Position numbers and translations under genes: made by a program. A stretch of DNA of 40,750 nt, taken from positions 1 through 40,750 of the forward strand of contig JAABSF010000001.1 of the NCBI GenBank assembly GCA_011390535.1, in the 5' to 3' direction. Position 1 is the first letter of the stretch; each line of letters starts with the position of its first letter. The DNA comes from Deltaproteobacteria bacterium. GTDB lineage: Bacteria; Myxococcota_A; Polyangia; HGW-17; SLPX01. A model generated the notes under the pieces. That model worked only from the letters and a program-made list of their open reading frames with translations. It did not search any database and was not told where the DNA came from. This document shows, piece by piece, positions 37,924 through 40,750 of this stretch.

Positions 37924-40644
37924 TTAGAGTTCTGCAGCTTTCTCTTCTATTTCAAAGACTTCAATAATGTCGCCCACTTTTATATCATTGTATTTTTCAA
38001 AGGAGAGCCCACATTCATAGCCTTTGTCGACTTCTCGAACATCATCTTTGAAGCGCTTCAATGAGCCGATTTTTCCGGTGTAGACCTGAACGTTGTCTCT
38101 AAATAGCCTGACGTTGGAAGACCTGGTAACCTTACCCTCTGTTACAAAACAGCCTGCTATAGTACCCACCTTTGGAATGGAGAAAGTGTCTCGGACCTCC
38201 AATTGTCCGGTTTTCTTCTCAAGCCGATCTTTGGGCAAGAGCCCTCTCATGACTTCCTTCAGATCATCAAGCAGCTCATAAATAACGTTGTATATCCGGA
38301 TTTCGACTTGTTCCTGTTCTGCTACCTGAGATGCTTTTCCTGCAGGGCGGACATTGAAACCAACCACAATTGCGCCGGAAGCTTTAGCAAAAGTAACGTC
38401 GGTTTCTGTAATACCACCGACTCCGGAAGAAATAACGGATGTTTTTACTTTGTCTGTGCTTTGCTTGATAATGGAATCTTTTAAAGCCTCTGATGTTCCT
38501 TGCACATCAGCTTTCAACACGACTTTCAATTCGTGTTGTGTGCCTTCTTTGATCATTTCGGCAATTCTGTCGAGCCTTAAAGCGGATGAACTGGACTCTG
38601 CCAACTCTTTCTTCCGTGACTCTTCTCGCCGGTGGTCTACAATTCTACGGGCCTTCTTTTCGTCGGTTAATACGTAAAAGTTATCACCGCTATTGGGAAC
38701 TCCGTCTAGTCCAAGGATCCTTACAGGAGTAGATGGGCCGGCTTGTTTTAGTACATTGCTCTTATGATCCATCATTGCTCGGACGTTTCCGTAATATTCT
38801 CCAGCTACAACAATAGAACCGGTTTCAATGGTCCCTTCTTGCACTAACAAGGTGCTCATAGGACCCCGTGATTTGTCTAAAAGGGCTTCTAAAACAACAC
38901 CTCTTGCAGGTTTGTTCGGATTTGCTTGGAGCTCTAAAATCTCTGCTTGCAAGAGTATGGTTTCGAGTAACTGGTCAATACCCTTCCCGGTAATGGCAGA
39001 AACTTCCACCATCAAAGTGTCTCCGCCCCACTCTTCGGCTACGATTTCATGGGCGGTGAGTTCTTGACGCACTCTGGATGTATCGGCATCTGGTTTGTCG
39101 ATTTTGTTAATCGCCACCACTATGGGAACGCCGGCTTCTTTAGAGTGTTCAATAGCTTCTTTTGTTTGAGGCATAACTCCATCATCAGCCGCTACTACAA
39201 GAATGACAATATCCGTACACTGGGCCCCCCGAGCGCGCATATTTGTAAAAGCTTCGTGTCCAGGTGTGTCAATAAAAACGATTTCTCCACTAGAAGTCTG
39301 GACTTTATACGCACCTATATGCTGTGTGATCCCACCTGCTTCGGAAGAAGCAACAGTAGTATCACGAATTTTATCAAGCAGAGAAGTTTTACCGTGATCT
39401 ACATGCCCCATTACAGTGACTACAGGGCTTCGTTCCACAAGCTCTTCTTGCTTGTCTTTCACGACTTGAATCAAATCTTCTTCTTGGAATGCCACATTTT
39501 CGACGTCGAAACCAAACTCTGAAGCCAGGAGAGTTGCTGTGTCTACATCCAGGGTTGTATTAATAGTTACTCCGGTAATCCCCATGGCCCACAAGTGTTT
39601 CAATGCTTCACCGGATTTAATTCCCATTTGTTTAGCCAGCTCTGAAACGGAGATCGCGGTTTCCATTCTGATGCGTCGTTTATGCTCTGCCGGTGTCGTA
39701 ATAAGTGTTTGTTTTGCTTTCTTTGCTGAGCGTTTTTTTCCTTTCGCCCCCTTTCCAAAGGGCATCGCACGTTCAGACCGCTTTGGAGTATATATTCTGC
39801 GGGAATGTCTGCTTGGATCCGTCAGATTGGTTATAACAACTTTCGGAGAGCTTTTCGGAGAGCTCTTCATTTGAGGCAATTCGATCCGACGCCCTGTTGG
39901 GCCAAGCTTTTCTTCTTTTTCCTCTTTTGGTTTTGTTTTAACCGGTTTTTCTGTTGCCGGTTCTGTCTTTCCGGTATGGGGCTCGACTGAAACTTCCTTG
40001 TCTTTTGTTGCAGGGACAGGCTTGTCTGCTTGGGAAGCCTCATCTGTATGACTATCAGCGTTAACTTCTTCTGTTGAAGGTTTTTGTTTCTCGGTCTTGT
40101 AAGGTTTCCCAGCTTTGGGAGTGCTCTCTATAGCAGCTTCAGGTTCATCAATAACTATCTCAGCAGATGCTTTCTCTGATGCAGCCGTCTGAGGCTTTTC
40201 GGTGGCTGATACACTTTCCTCTTCTTTTGTTACCTGGGATGAAGGTTTATGAACCGATTCTGTTGCTGGAGCTGTATCCACGGAGGCGGTCTCTTCTTCC
40301 GGTTTTGTCTCTTCAGCCGCTGGTTCAGGCTCTTTTGGGATGATAGGCGTCGTAGCTTCTTCACCCTTTTGTTGTGGTTTCTCCTCAACTTTGGGTTTTT
40401 CCGGAACTACAGTTGGTTTTTTAGCCTTGGAACGTCTTCTTATGACCGTTGAGCCTAATCGTTTTTCAACAGTATTGGCTTGTCTTTCCTTTTGCAGAGC
40501 CATCTTGACTTTTGCGACCTCGTCGCTTGTCAAAGTACTCATGTGATTGGAGATACTGATGCCCATCTGCTGAATTTTAGACACAAGCTCTTTATTCTTG
40601 ATGCCTATTTGCTTGGCAATTTCATAAACCCTAACCTTTGGCAT
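37924..40644 (-). CDS. infB: Translation initiation factor IF-2
   Basis: 906-aa ORF with [21 protein letters not shown]... at the N-terminus, a Pro/Glu/Lys-rich linker, the GTPase domain ([28 protein letters not shown]) and C-terminal domains. Confidence 0.98.
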   Translation of the reverse strand: MPKVRVYEIAKQIGIKNKELVSKIQQMGISISNHMSTLTSDEVAKVKMALQKERQANTVEKRLGSTVIRRRSKAKKPTVVPEKPKVEEKPQQKGEEATTPIIPKEPEPAAEETKPEEETASVDTAPATESVHKPSSQVTKEEESVSATEKPQTAASEKASAEIVIDEPEAAIESTPKAGKPYKTEKQKPSTEEVNADSHTDEASQADKPVPATKDKEVSVEPHTGKTEPATEKPVKTKPKEEKEEKLGPTGRRIELPQMKSSPKSSPKVVITNLTDPSRHSRRIYTPKRSERAMPFGKGAKGKKRSAKKAKQTLITTPAEHKRRIRMETAISVSELAKQMGIKSGEALKHLWAMGITGVTINTTLDVDTATLLASEFGFDVENVAFQEEDLIQVVKDKQEELVERSPVVTVMGHVDHGKTSLLDKIRDTTVASSEAGGITQHIGAYKVQTSSGEIVFIDTPGHEAFTNMRARGAQCTDIVILVVAADDGVMPQTKEAIEHSKEAGVPIVVAINKIDKPDADTSRVRQELTAHEIVAEEWGGDTLMVEVSAITGKGIDQLLETILLQAEILELQANPNKPARGVVLEALLDKSRGPMSTLLVQEGTIETGSIVVAGEYYGNVRAMMDHKSNVLKQAGPSTPVRILGLDGVPNSGDNFYVLTDEKKARRIVDHRREESRKKELAESSSSALRLDRIAEMIKEGTQHELKVVLKADVQGTSEALKDSIIKQSTDKVKTSVISSGVGGITETDVTFAKASGAIVVGFNVRPAGKASQVAEQEQVEIRIYNVIYELLDDLKEVMRGLLPKDRLEKKTGQLEVRDTFSIPKVGTIAGCFVTEGKVTRSSNVRLFRDNVQVYTGKIGSLKRFKDDVREVDKGYECGLSFEKYNDIKVGDIIEVFEIEEKAAEL

Positions 40645-40689
40645 CTCCTACTCCCAAATTAACGACGTATTTGTCGTTTTAGTGTCTAT

Positions 40690-40750
40690 TAGAATCTTTT
40701 TTGATTCTTTTCCAAATGTTCGATCCAAGAGACCAGTTTTTGTTTTTCTT
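40690..40750 (-). CDS. Possible 3' end of the gene upstream of infB (ylxR/nusA-operon position); frame uncertain
   Basis: One minus-strand frame reads ...EKQKLVSWIEHLEKNQKRF-stop (ending at 40690). A second frame is also open to 40679. Only about 20 codons are visible, so identity cannot be established. Confidence 0.25.

Noticed and set aside
1-40750. Search for CRISPR arrays, rRNA/tRNA genes, IS elements, integrases and prophage modules
   Set aside because: By eye I found no regularly spaced direct repeats, no transposase- or integrase-like translations in the ORF track, and no stable-RNA signatures. The only tandem repeats are the protein-coding Cys-rich units at 30105-30899.

Overview
This is a bacterial chromosomal window. 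A 60-nt rpoC sample I hand-counted is 43% G+C, and the rest looks mid-40s % by eye. Two conserved housekeeping blocks frame about 24 kb of lineage-specific genes. The left block (1-10712, + strand) is rplK (3' end)-rplA-rplJ-rplL-rpoB-rpoC, with a terminator/attenuator-like stem-loop before rpoB and an unusually long, GC-rich, structured rpoB-rpoC spacer. The right block (35105-40644, - strand) is the infB-DUF503-rbfA-nrnA-truB operon. The middle holds a stand-alone MshEN/GspE-N-type protein and a complete cofactor-independent phosphoglycerate mutase (iPGM) fused in frame to an ECF-sigma-like module exactly at an A12 homopolymer. It also holds a divergent glycerate kinase, two tandem PEGA-domain envelope proteins, small secreted proteins, a ~1430-aa kinase/cyclase-like/P-loop/TPR protein and panD. 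The remaining genes are a DUF429-like and a UPF0158-like gene, a ~1000-aa acidic HEAT-repeat protein, a Cys-rich tandem-repeat surface protein, a TPR plus beta-barrel outer-membrane protein and a second Ser/Thr kinase. This gene content suggests a Myxococcota/Bdellovibrionota-like lineage, but that is inference only. I saw no rRNA, tRNA, CRISPR array, transposase or integrase. The most unusual items are the iPGM-sigma junction, short GC-rich structured islands in otherwise AT-rich spacers (some sharing sequence), a motif shared upstream of two signalling genes, and convergent gene ends with essentially no spacer. All homology calls are by eye from the translations. No database search was run.
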